This document shows positions 26,236 through 38,297 of a DNA stretch of 64,000 bases, one piece after another. The notes under the pieces were generated by a model. The model saw nothing but the letters and a program-made list of their open reading frames with translations. It was not told the DNA's origin and made no database searches. The stretch is from Squalus acanthias (lineage: Eukaryota): contig CM059450.1 of NCBI GenBank assembly GCA_030390025.1, positions 14,508,001-14,572,000 of the forward strand. Direction: 5' to 3'. A program made the position numbers and the translations under genes. Each line of letters begins with the position of its first letter. Position 1 is the first letter of the stretch.

Positions 26236-29200
26236 CTACAACAAAATGAATACACACAAAAAAGAAAAATAAGCCTGTGTAGATGAACAAGTCACTGGGG
26301 TTGTGCAGACAGGCTGGATTTCGGATATTGGTCGTTAAGATTTTTTCATTTGATGACCACTGAGGCATTGTTGATTTAAACTGCGTCAGAATGGATTTCC
26401 TTCTTACAATTTGGGCTTTTGAAATTGGGGTGAATTCAATTAAGACTTGGAAGGTTACTGCAGAGTAGCGGCACTTTTGGTTTGGTAGAATGAATGCAAT
26501 GCCCCACTGGTCTGCCATACCACAAACTGGGAGAGCCACCTAGGAAATCCAAACCTTTAATGCATCCCCCAATACAACAAAGGGTTTACAAAAACAATAG
26601 TAGCAACAGGATTACCCAAAATTTGCAAGTAAGGATCCACACCCCACCAGAGAAATAAACATTTTGCCAAAATATCTCAAGTAGTGAATTCCTGTTAATA
26701 TCATGTTGACTTGAGTAAACTAAAAGGGGACACAAATGCAACAGTGTGAAGTGACAGTAACAGGATTTCACCTATACAATAGATTTCCCTCAGAGATACA
26801 TCCAACACATCCTAAATTCTCTGAACAGCGAGTCAGATCACTTTCGCAATGACTCATCATTGCAGTTTCGTGGAGCATAAACTGTCATCTAGCACTGACA
26901 AAAAAAAACCCAAGTTTGTGAAAACTAAGTACAAAGTGAATGTGCCACATAGATTAAAAAAGTGACTAAAAAAAAAAATGGACACAAGGGATGTAAAAAC
27001 TGGGATTAAAAGTGACTAAATAGAATTTAATTTAGGGGCAAGGGAAACAGCATGAAGGCTTTATTGTGGGTAACCCAAGGGCACAGATATATTCACCATT
27101 TAATTCAAAATTTTATAAAAACAACAAGGCCCAAAAAGTATGCCGTGGCATCACTTCCATTCCGAATTTTTGGGGTTTGCCCATTCAAATTCTATAATAA
27201 CAGTGTTGCATCTAAGTTAATAACATCATATTCTACTCTCGTGTGTTTAGTAGCAGTAAGGTCCTTGAATCTGGTCAAAATAAATTGAGAGTTTGATCCA
27301 GTCTGTTTTCAATTACATTGTCTTGCTGCAACATTACAATCTGCACGCCAGTCCAGCAAGTCCAATTGTTTACAGGCCCAATGAAGCCAGAACTAATGGA
27401 TTTCAACTACAGTGCAAGACAATTTTGTCCTTGCAACTCCAATTTGACTATTGAGCTTTTTTTTCTTAAACACGAATCCATTTGGAATTTGACAATCACA
27501 TCAGTGCTCCCAGAAAGCCTAAACAACTCAGTGAAAGCCACACAATGCAGTCAAAAATCACCATCATAGAAAGGGAAAACAAAATATTAAAACACTGCAG
27601 AATTTACCAATAGTTGACAAAAAAATCTCTTCAGTAACTTGAATACTAAAGGGCCATCAACAAGAGTCCCCTTCTCCTGCCCCATCCCAAAAAAAGGAAA
27701 AACATCTTTCCGAGAAATAGTTGCATGCTTGGTTACACTGATTAAATCTTCCCAAGTCAATTGGCGCTGGTCAAATATAAATGCAAAGTTATGAGCTGGG
27801 GCTTGGGATTGAAAGAGTTTGAATTCTCTCAGTGGACAACTTTATTTTATTCAATAAAAATGGTCGGTACAATTCTATTCAGAGAAAAGTCAACCATTTC
27901 TGTTGTTGAATGTTTCGGTCCAAGGTGAATTAAATTCTGTTTTGTAACAAACACACAAAAGACCAGCCTCCTCTATAATGCCATTTCTGTGGGTTGGACA
28001 ATAATGCGGAGATATACACATGCTAAAAAAAAGTGTGCCTGTGGGCTTATGGGCATGCTACAATTGGTGTTGCTTGCTGGTAGCCAAGTGGGAAACTTCT
28101 GGTAGAATTTCAGTTTTGCTAATTACGATCTTAGCCACCTGGACAATGTTGCTGTCCACTGATTATAACAACAGCTTAGCAACCGATTGGTCAATCCTGC
28201 TCATCCAATCTGGTTCATTATGCTAGTTAAAAAAAAAGAGCCAGATAGTAATAGCGATAGCCGCTCGGAAAATAGTTCAGTCGGGTGCAGTGTCTGTGTG
28301 GTCATTTCCTATCAGAAAGTTTCACAGTTGGGGTGCGGAAGCAAGAGGATGAAGGAAGTTACATTGATGGTTGTTTACATCATTACTGACTGGCGATAAA
28401 CAGTATAAAAAGGGCTGGGGTCTGTCACAGTATTATAGCGAGGGCTTATTGTATACATAGTTATGATGGGCAATTTATCAGAGACAGAGAGCTGCAAGTA
28501 CAGCACCCGGCATTTTTTTTTTATTCAGTTGCACTAGCCGGGAGAATGTGGTGCAGCCCACTTCAGATCAGCTTTGTTGAGATCAAATACTAAGATCAAA
28601 GTTCGCTGCCACTTTAGTATATAACTTTAACATGACTACAGATGCATTATTTTAACATTGTTAAACCCTGGGGGAAAATCCTTTGGCAATTTGGATGATG
28701 ATCTCAAGGCTCCACTGTATTAACATCAATAAACCACTAGTACCAAGTATTAAAGATGTTTTTTTGAAGGTCAAATGACAAAGTTTCCCTCAATTTCTGA
28801 TTCGAACGCTAATGGTCATTGTAAACGAAAATACAAATCCATAAAGTGGAAGTTAAATCGCTCGAGTTTCAAAAAAAATATAAACAATTGAAGTGTTGGT
28901 GTGCTTTGAATTTTATTCTGTATGGATAAACATTTAGGTCTGGAAATATTAAACTATGAAAATAAGGGGATCAGCCACAGTTTAACGTGCAAGAGCACTC
29001 AGTTAGTGATGGCATGTACCCTGTACCGTCAGATTAAATAAACTGCTTTCACCTACAAACGCTTAGTATCTGCAGCCACACTATACTGCCTGAGAGACCG
29101 AACAATGTTGAAATATTAATGTTCTCAGGCTTTGCACAAGCCTTCCCGCTTCAGCGCTAGAGGCCTTCTGTGAGCTATGGTAACAGTGAAGGATCTGCTC

Positions 29201-29746
29201 GGGTTGGAAGGCAGATATAGCGGGTCTTCCAACCTATTCAACAGGTCACATCTTGAACACAGTAAGAGTGTGGATGATAAATGACCTTGCAGCCCACTGA
29301 AGCTCATCTCTTTAGCACCCCAACTGCCCCATCCTGCTGCATTTGGAAAGCCTGTTTCCTCCTCCTACCTTGCCTGGCAGTTTATCCCAGAATTTATCAC
29401 CCTTTGCAAACACGTTCTTCCTAATAGCAGTTTTAAAATTATACCTCCCCATTCAAGCTCATGTCCTCTGGTCCTACGAACCCATTCTGCTTTAAACAGA
29501 ATTCTGGGTTTAATATTTTACATAACTCAGTGAGGTTCCCTCCTTAATCGTCTGTAAAGTTTGACCAGAATAAGTCAGAACCCAAATTTTCATTTGTTGA
29601 AAATGTATTCTTTTGGTAAAGTTAATCAAATTCTTCATTAAATTTCTGAATACATTGCAAGAAATGCAATCTAAAAGAGAATCCACTTTGGACCTTAATA
29701 TAGGTGAGCCCATTTAAAAGATCCTTGCCAGTCAAAAACAAGAATC

Positions 29747-29910
29747 TCATAGAATCATAGAATGGTTACAGCACAGAAGGAGGCCATTCGGCCAGTCGAG
29801 CCCGTGCCGGCTCTCTGCAAGAGCACTTCAGCTAGACCCACTCCCCCACCCTTTCCCCGTAGCCCTGCGAATTTTTTTCCTTCAGGGACTTATCCAATTC
29901 CCTTTTGAAA
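29747..29910 (-). mobile_element. CR1-type LINE 3' tail
   Basis: catagaatcatagaatggttacagcacagaaggaggccattcggcc; homologous to 7757-7900. Confidence 0.7.
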
Positions 29911-31378
29911 TCTGAAAACTTTTGCTGCTAAGAGGCAGTGGCTGCACATAGGATATGTTTACAATAATGCTTATTGCAATGATCAAAGAGGGACTTAATC
30001 TGTCAACTTTGAATTAATCTAGCTGCCCGGTCAACATTGCCCTCACCTACTGAAATCGCATTAACTAGAAAGAAACTGCCGCAGTAACAGACACAATCGA
30101 TGGATGGCTCACACACACCTGTGTAAATCACTACCTACTCAAAACCTAACATGTGAAAAGCTCACAGTGGGAGGAAATAGGCTCAGGTTTGTAATCTAGC
30201 TGGTTGTATATGAATCTGGGGTTGCAACACTGATATTCTGAGTTGATTCTCTGAATGGTGTCATACACTTAAATAAGCCCACATTCTCACTGAAGCAAAG
30301 TGCACAAAATTCTGTTCGGAATCCTGATCAAGTCTCATCCCAGCTGAAATAATCTCAAAGAAATCTGGCTACCAGTGTGTATTGGGAAAGATTTCCCCAC
30401 CCCGCCCCCACGCTCCCCTCTGCATCGACAACCATCATCTCCTCATTGTGGAAGCAGGCAGTAATTACACAGGTATAATCTCTCCAGTGATCAACCGTGT
30501 CTGTTACTAGAGTAAATTTACTTCCGGCTGGACACAAGCTGTACAATCAATTCCAATAGGATCTTGACCTCAATGCTTGAAGGTGCCCTGATCCACTTGT
30601 AGCACAATCTCAACAGGATCCTCATTTATAATCAACGTCCTTTAGCTTTATGAAGTTGGTCTCTCAGGGCTTCACCGTTATTAGACAACTATGGCATCAT
30701 TTTTTTGGTGGGAAGTTCAGAGAAAAGCAGATGGCATGTGGTAGAATTTCAGCCTATTGGTTGTAAATTCAAGCCCCAGGGCTGCCCGTCATTAACCATG
30801 TTGCAGCTGGGCGAGACTCCTGAACCACTGGAAGGAGCAAGGTGCAGAAATGAGCATTCCTATTGGAAAGGTGGGAGAGGGGGGGGGGGGGGGGGGGAGA
30901 AACGGGAAGAGTAGACGAATGACATCATCTGACAGCCTGCTTGAATATTACCTCCCACTGGATAATCTTGGGTCGCACTGAAGGCATTCCTCGGAAATTT
31001 GCAGCCCAAGTCTGAATCTGGCCTATGAGCAGAAGTAGCAAAGTTGTGGGAGGCAGCAGAACCAGCGATCGGGGTTAAAATGGGCAACGAAAAAAAAAGG
31101 GGCAGAGGTAATAAAATGAAATACAAAACGGTACAATACAACTTTATAAAATTGTTCTTCCAGTTCACAATTGTGTAAAAACCTAGGCTTTGTCACTTGA
31201 CCTTTAAAAATAGTGAGAATGCATGAGACAGTAATTTAGCATTAAAAAAAAAGTGCCTGTGCTGGGTTAACTTCTACACACAGACTGTTAAATGCATTAA
31301 AATGCACAGTATAGATAATAGGAAGTAAAATGTCTATTGTCTTTGCAACATTAATAATAAAACACTGTTTATACTTAC

Positions 31379-33646
31379 CCTTCCAGATTGGCCAGTGTGG
31401 CGTCCTGAAATGTCACCCGCCTCACAGATTTCTTTGGAGTACCGCTCCAGAGTGTGAACTCCTATAGCCTGCTGGCAGAACTCCAGCCGTCCGGGAAGTG
31501 GGCGCCGGTAAAACGGACCGTCGCTGGGAACCATGCTGAGGTAGCGACGGAAGACAGAAACAATACATCGCGGGTTGGACAAGTCTGCATACTGCCGAGT
31601 GTGTCCTTTAGTCCTCTGGATTCCATCTCGGTATGGCTTTGCCACAAACTCCAAATATTCCCCAATTTCATCAGCTCCAAAGGTAAACTGATCGACCATC
31701 AATTTATTGTGCTCGGCTGCTGCGTGTACACCAAAGACTTTGCAGAGGTAGAAATAGACAGCGTAACTGTAACTTTTTGCATCTCGAAGTTGAAAAACTA
31801 TTTGCCACAGTTTTTCTTCTTCTTCTTCGGTGTAAGGCTGTGCTTGTTTCCTTACAGTACCAATCCCCTGTTGTTTAAGTTGTTTCATCTGCCTGTCAAG
31901 GACAGTCCGAAACTCAGTATACTCCACGTTATATTTGTTAAAGAAATCAATGTCCAGTCGCTTGCAGGTTTCACGCAAGTATCGCAAGATGGAGCAGCAC
32001 AGGAGACGGAGAGAATTAGGTGGGTAAAATGATCCATCTTGCCGACGGACTTCCTCCACAAAGTGGCACAACCAGAAATTCAGTTCATCATGACTTATTT
32101 CATGAGACAGTATTGGCACATAAAGGAACGACTCATCGCATTTCATACTATTTTCCATGAGGTAGTTATTCCGGTTTTTAGCCCACTCATCCCAAGCTCG
32201 AACGCCCCAGGCTGTGGCTCTCTTTGTATTGTAGGGAATTACGCTATCTTGTATAATCACCCGTTTTCTGTTGTCCGGAACAGGCTCACAAATGTCTTTG
32301 GGGGCCCGTTTAACTGGCAGTGAAACCCGCTGCTCCACAGCAGGTCCATCAAACCCATTATAGGGAGTTCTACTCTCTTGTAACACTGTTTGTTGATTCT
32401 CTGCAGTTGTCACTCCAAACGCATTGCACGGAGTCTTATTCTCTCGAAATATTACACATGGCGTACCTGCATCAGGCTCACCAAGGACAATAGAGGGAGT
32501 CTTACTCGCATGTAGTGTTACATGTTGCTGTTCTGTACCAGGCTTTCCAGAGGTACTATTGGGGCCATTACCCTCTTGTAAAAGAACCTGCTTTTGCTTG
32601 ACAAGCGTACTATCATAAACCTGTGGCTTCTCTGTAGATAACTGGACAAACATACTCTTGGAAGTTCTACTGATTCTTAATGGAGCCTCATGCTCCTTCA
32701 CTATGGCGTCCCCAAATGAGTTACAGCGAGTTCGATTATCTATTAACGCAACCTGATGCTTATCTGTAGTGGATTTGTGATTAATACTTAGAGTTCTATT
32801 ATACTGTAATAGTGCCTGTTGTTTTAATGCAACAGCTTTGCCCAATTCAGCAGAAACCCTACAATCCTGCAGTGGAACTTCCTGCTTTAGCAAAGGCTTA
32901 CCGGATCTATTCTCTTGTAATGCAACTTGTTGATTGTGCAATGCACTTGTTGGGTCTGATGGAGACAGAGTTCCATTATGCTGCAGTGGAGCCTGTTGCT
33001 TTAATGCAACAGGGTTGCCTGATGATATTCGACAATCCTGCAATGGAACCTTATGCTTTAAAATAGGTCTATTATGTAATGCAATTTGCTGCTTCCCGAC
33101 AGCAGACTTATTATGCAGAGATCTATTGTGCTGCAATGCAATTTGTTGCTTTAATGTAACTGGCTTGTCTGGCGCAGCAGAAAATCGACAAGCACGTAAT
33201 ACAGCCTCTTGCTTCGCTGGAACGGCCTCAACACAATCATGGGCGGCCAGACTCTCATGCAGTGTAGCCTGTTTTTTTGTGATGGGGTTATCAAATGTAT
33301 TATAGACTATTTTACTGCCGTGTATCATAACTGGTTGCTTGTTTGCAACAGGTTTAGCAAGCGTGTCAGATGGAGCTCTACGGTTGTGTAATGAACTCTG
33401 TCGTTTCTTTGTAACAGGCTTGTGAAAAGTAATATAGACCATCCTATTATCTTGAAATAGAACCCCTCTTTTTTCCACAGCAGGTTGGCTGCATGTATTC
33501 CAAGAAATCCTACTATTCTGCAGTGGAACCTGTTCCGTTTGCACAGTGGACTTGCCAAACTGGTGTTTCTCATTTTTCTTTGCCAACTTGAACTTCTCTT
33601 TGTTGCTCAAATCAAATTGCATTTCTGGTTGAAAAGGTGCAGGAAT
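31379..33646 (-). CDS. Module A exon 1: ~22-aa repeat array plus N-terminal and core part of a Crypton-type YR/DUF3504 domain (KIAA1958/QRICH1/ZMYM-like); putative alternative exon of ATF7IP
   Basis: Part of the 808-aa ORF 31334..33760. Crypton-like motifs: IPYNTKRATAWGVRAWDEW, ELNFWLCHFVEEVRRQDGSFYPPNSL, EFRTVLDRQMKQL, EEEEKLW, RCIVSVFRRYLS, PFYRRP, IGVHTL. In-frame acceptor ttcttctgtttctttgtctcAG|ATT at 33646 (phase 0); donor AGG|GTAAGT after 31379 (phase 0). Confidence 0.85.
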
Positions 33647-35331
33647 CTGAGACAAAGAAACAGAAGAACCTGCCAGTAAAGCCAGTGAACCTTCTTCAAA
33701 ATTTAGGGCAAGACAAATATGATTAAATTGTGTTCCTTTTTTGAGTTTGAATTGATCCAATGAACAACTGACTGTTTTGGGTGGTGGCAGAAGGATACAG
33801 AGAACAAACCATCTAGTAATGGAGCAGAATTCATCACTACTTCAGCACACCACCTGTAGAGTCTGGGGCAATACAGCACCTGTTAAACAATATTGCAGCT
33901 AGCAGTTTGTTTCACTGAATGTACAGCGCCGCCCCTGTTGAAAAGCAGTTTCCACAATAAAATGAGGATTACAACGAAGCACTGAAACTTCAGAGCCCTG
34001 GTAATGAACCAAGGGCTGGCTCATTGTTCATTTTCAGGATCAAGGGGCATTAGTCATTTCCCACCACTCACATCTCTATCTACAAGGTAAATCCTAATCT
34101 GATTGCACTCCTGGTTAGAAAGAATGCCCGCCCAGGATTCTGATTCCCTGACAGCTGCAAACAAAGCTTTGATATCCGTGTCAGAAGCACAGGCCACGAA
34201 TAGTGCAGGCTTGCTACAGCCCCAGAGGGGAGTCTCAACCTCATAGAAACCCATGACATTTGTTACACCCTCCGATCATACAGTTGGGAATTAAATTCCA
34301 TATACTATGTGCTTCTGGCGTGTATACCTCTATTATTGTCCAAAGAGTGCCCATGAATCATAAAACAGGTACATCACAACTCGTAATATACATTATCCAA
34401 ATCACAAAATTTCTGTAATCGTCTCTTACTCACTTTAAATACCAGCTTTTTCAGAACAGTGTTTCATTGGATTTAAAAAAAGAACTTTGCTCACTTACTT
34501 GAGTTAAACGGACTTGTCTCATCCTGTTCAGTGATGCCATAGCAGTGTCACTAGATGTCAACGAATGAAGGCTGTCAAGTCATTGTGACATCAATAACTT
34601 ATCGATCACGGGAGGAAGAGGAAAACCAGGCTGCTTTTCCAGGGTCCTTACAGACTCGAGTTTAGTGCACCAGGAGTTTAACTGGGGCCTCAAGAGCACT
34701 CTAGGTTTGGCAGATCATCCAATCAAATGCTGTAACCCCCGTGTGCATAGTCCTGAAGCCGGAGATGCATTTCTCCGCAGGGCACTTGGAAATCGACTCA
34801 TTGGGTTTTTTCAATGTGTTCAACACTCACTGCAAAAACAATTCTGTACTCCTTGCAAATCTGTACAGCTAAGGCAGACTGCAACTGTATAACTACAGTA
34901 ATAAACGAGGAGGGACAATCCTGATAATAAAGGTGGTTCAACACACACAGAATTATTGCCCTGGAAATCCATCAGAGTTAAAAGTAATATGGTTCCAAAA
35001 TTCTGCTTATGACAGCAACTCCTAAAGTTTAAATGTTATCTTTAAGTATTTGGACTCCCCATGTCCACACTTCATGTGAACCCCATCTTCCATCTTGGGG
35101 AGTATATAGAGGAGCAAATACTTCATTTTGTTACGGAATATTTCACAAAGTCAAACTATTTTTAATTTTCATAAGTAAATCAAACTACGTTATAGCATAA
35201 TGCAGCTAAATTAAATTTCAACCTGAAAAATGTTTTTTTTTTTTTAAATGAGTATACTGAAGCCTGAAGAGGTTCACTGCGCTGTTGGAAAATTGAGGAG
35301 CTCTCCTAGCTCCCAAAATGCTGGCTGGACA

Positions 35332-35483
35332 GTGGGCGTGATTACTGAGCCCATACAGAATGGTGACTGGGCAGTGGGCGTGATTACTGAGCCCATACAG
35401 AATGGCGACTGGGCAGTGGGCGTGATTACTGAGCCCATACAGAATGGCGACTGGGCAATGGCTGTGAACCCTGAGCCCATACA
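35332..35483. repeat. 42-bp minisatellite, 3 full copies plus 1 partial
   Basis: Unit gtgggcgtgattactgagcccatacagaatggYgactgggca. Confidence 0.95.
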
Positions 35484-37897
35484 ACAGTCCTAATTTATGC
35501 CTCCACCAAGTGCAGATCCTTTAATGTAACACTTTTATCCTTCTGAGGTTTCCAAAAAAGTTCACAATTTTCTTCCCCTCTTGCATCGCTTTCCAATCTC
35601 ACTCACACACTAAAATTTCAGCACAATACAATTTTTCCAAATCCTCAGTCCCCCCCCCCCACCCCCAACACTCAACAAGAACTAATCAAGAGACCTGCTT
35701 TGGTTGGAAAATATAGCGCAACTGGCCTTCAGCGTACATCCGGCAGCTCACGGCTATTTTCACAAATCAACAGCAACAGCATGCCAACAAATACACCTAA
35801 TGGCTACTAAAAGCTCGATTCAGACAGTTCACTGGCAATTAGTAGAAAATAAACTAAGTAAACTATCGCGTGTCAAACAACAGTGAAGACACACGGGACC
35901 AAGTAGCAACATCCGACTAAAATTAAAGTTGTTTATAAAAAAAAAACCACGTAACCCTGGCTTGGGCCACGGTTCACGGCTGTGCCCGGTTGTGTTTCTG
36001 TTAGAGCCAGAACATACTCCAAATAGAAATGTGTCCGACAACATGTGTTTAATGGGAAAAAAAATTGTAGGGCAATACTTTCAATATAAAGTACTTCCTC
36101 TGCTCCCCCAATGATATGGAGGTTTCAAGGTTAAAAAGCACACTATTGAAGGGATTTCATCTTCTGGCAAACACCCACCACTTTGAGTCTCCACACTCAG
36201 CCGGAGAGCTGCTCAGCTGAAGTTGAACAGGATTGTCTGGAAGCACCTCTAATGGAAATCCTTTAAGTCTGTATTCACCCCCCCCCCCCCAACCCCCTTC
36301 CAAATGTCAATCAGGAAGCTTCTGAGCCAAGAAAATGCCAGCCAAGTACGCAGCAGTAATCAGCTGGTGCAGAGTTACAGAATACAATACCAGTAAACAA
36401 TATTTCAGCTCCAGCAAGGTAGGAGTGTATTTTTTTTTAATTAAAAAGCCTTTTTGCATTAACTAAATGCCGACTACGGAAATGGGGGTGAGGGGTGAAA
36501 GAGTATGCTTTTCTCTCCTTCCCCCACATTTTGTCTTTCAGCTGCTGAGCAGATTATTGTGCCTGTAATTAATGGGCACATAGAATAAATGATTGAGAAA
36601 CTTATCTTCATGCACCGTAGTAACTCGCAGGTGCCTATTGAAGGCACTATTGGGAGCAACGATGCCTCGAAAACTAACAGCACCACCAGCAGGAACCCAG
36701 TGTTACTGCACATTAGATTTCTCCCCCTCACCAGGCCAATGGATTGCTCGAATTCTGAAAAAGGGTGTAGGTCTCGACTGTTGTTGCAGCAATGCAAGTT
36801 ATCAAAATGTTTTACCCATCCTTATTCCTGGAGACCACTAAAGCTGCAAAACATTTACAAAATTAGTAAAAGGAATATAAATTTTCTGAACATAAAATAG
36901 AGGTTACAAAAGTTAAGAGGGCCTGTTGTAATTGTGTAAATATTGTGATGGGGGGGGGGGGGGGGGAATCAACAATGTCATACTTCGGTGGTAGTTGAAG
37001 ATTGTGTCATGAAGAACTCCCATAGCCATCAACATGCATCCAGCATGTCCCATGTAAGAGCAAGTAATTCACTCACACCTAGTACTATATCGCAGCAATT
37101 TCCGTGCCTATCACAGAATTTATAGTACAGAAACAGGTCATTCAGCCCATCAGTGTTTATGCTCCACACGAGCCCCCTCTTTACTTCATCTCCCCCTATC
37201 AGCATATCCTTCTATTCCTTTCTCCCTCGTACTTATCTAGCTTCCCCTTGCATGCATTGTTGCAGACGCTGCAAATTGAGCAAGTTGCTTGGCTGCCCTC
37301 GTAAAGGGGGCCAGTGTTCCGAGCGAACATGCTGTGCTGGTGATGAGGGAGTTGCTGTGAATGTCTCCAGCATCGCAGATGGGTACAGCAGTTTTTTGTA
37401 CATTTCCACAGCTCCCGACAATCAATCAATGTTCCAGCACAAAAACAGGCCAATTGACCATGAAATCTGCCCATCCACGCACACTCGCCCCCCGCCCACC
37501 AGTCTAATGCCAGCTCCCGCTTGCTTCTCAGCCTTTAACATTCCTCTTTTTCAAGCAACTCTTATCAATGAGCGTCTCCTAAACAGGTAGTCTTCAACTT
37601 CGGTGCAATGCTTTACTAGCTCCAACTTTCGTGCAATGAGCAGTGCATTTATCACGGAGAGGTATCAACCCCAAAACAGGATTGCTGAACTAGGCTTACG
37701 ACTTATCCCTCTCCATGGGCCCAGTCGTCAGCTGGATTCATTGCTACCTGCACGGACCTTACCCACACAACAGCAGCTGTGCATAAAAACATTTCGGCAC
37801 TGTTATGCAAATAGCTGCAATGGCATACTCCAGAAGGCTGAAAATAATTCTCTTGACGTTATGGAAGTCTGTGAAGGTTTTAATAATAATACTACAA

Positions 37898-38297
37898 TAG
37901 CAAAATACTGCAGATGCTGGAAATCTGAAATAACAACCGAAAATGCTGGAAACACTCAGCAGGCCAGGCAGCATCCGTGGAGAGAGAGAGAGAAACAGAG
38001 TTAACGTTTCAGGTCTGTGACCCTTCGTCAGAACTGGTAAAAGTTGGAGATGTAACAGGTTTTAAGCAGGTGCAGAGGCAGGGAAAGGGGGGGGGGAAGG
38101 AATTAAAGGCACAGTCTGTGCTAGGATTGAACTCAGGAGAGATTAAATGTTGCAAATGGGGATGGCAGAATCATCAACAGCTACCGCCTGAAAAAATGGG
38201 GGGGGGGGGGGGGGGGGGGGTTATAGTCTGAAATTGTCGAACTCAATGTTGAGTCCAGAAGGCTATAAAGTGCCTAATCGAAAGATGAGGTGCTGTA
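37898..38297 (-). mobile_element. Penelope-like shark interspersed repeat (second copy)
   Basis: Homologous to 13968-14350. Confidence 0.6.

Noticed and set aside
31454-33391. Plus-strand ORFs overlapping module A (similarly those overlapping module B and ATF7IP exons)
   Set aside because: Antisense shadows of real coding frames, with no recognisable protein features.
33647-33760. N-terminal 38 aa of the 808-aa ORF (TTG start) and its last 14 aa after 31379
   Set aside because: The start is a non-ATG codon and the segment includes the polypyrimidine tract and acceptor; the tail follows a consensus donor. Both are best explained as intron read-through.
35218-35493. Repetitive ORFs and a CRISPR-like appearance
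   Set aside because: Head-to-tail tandem repeat without unique spacers in a eukaryotic intron.
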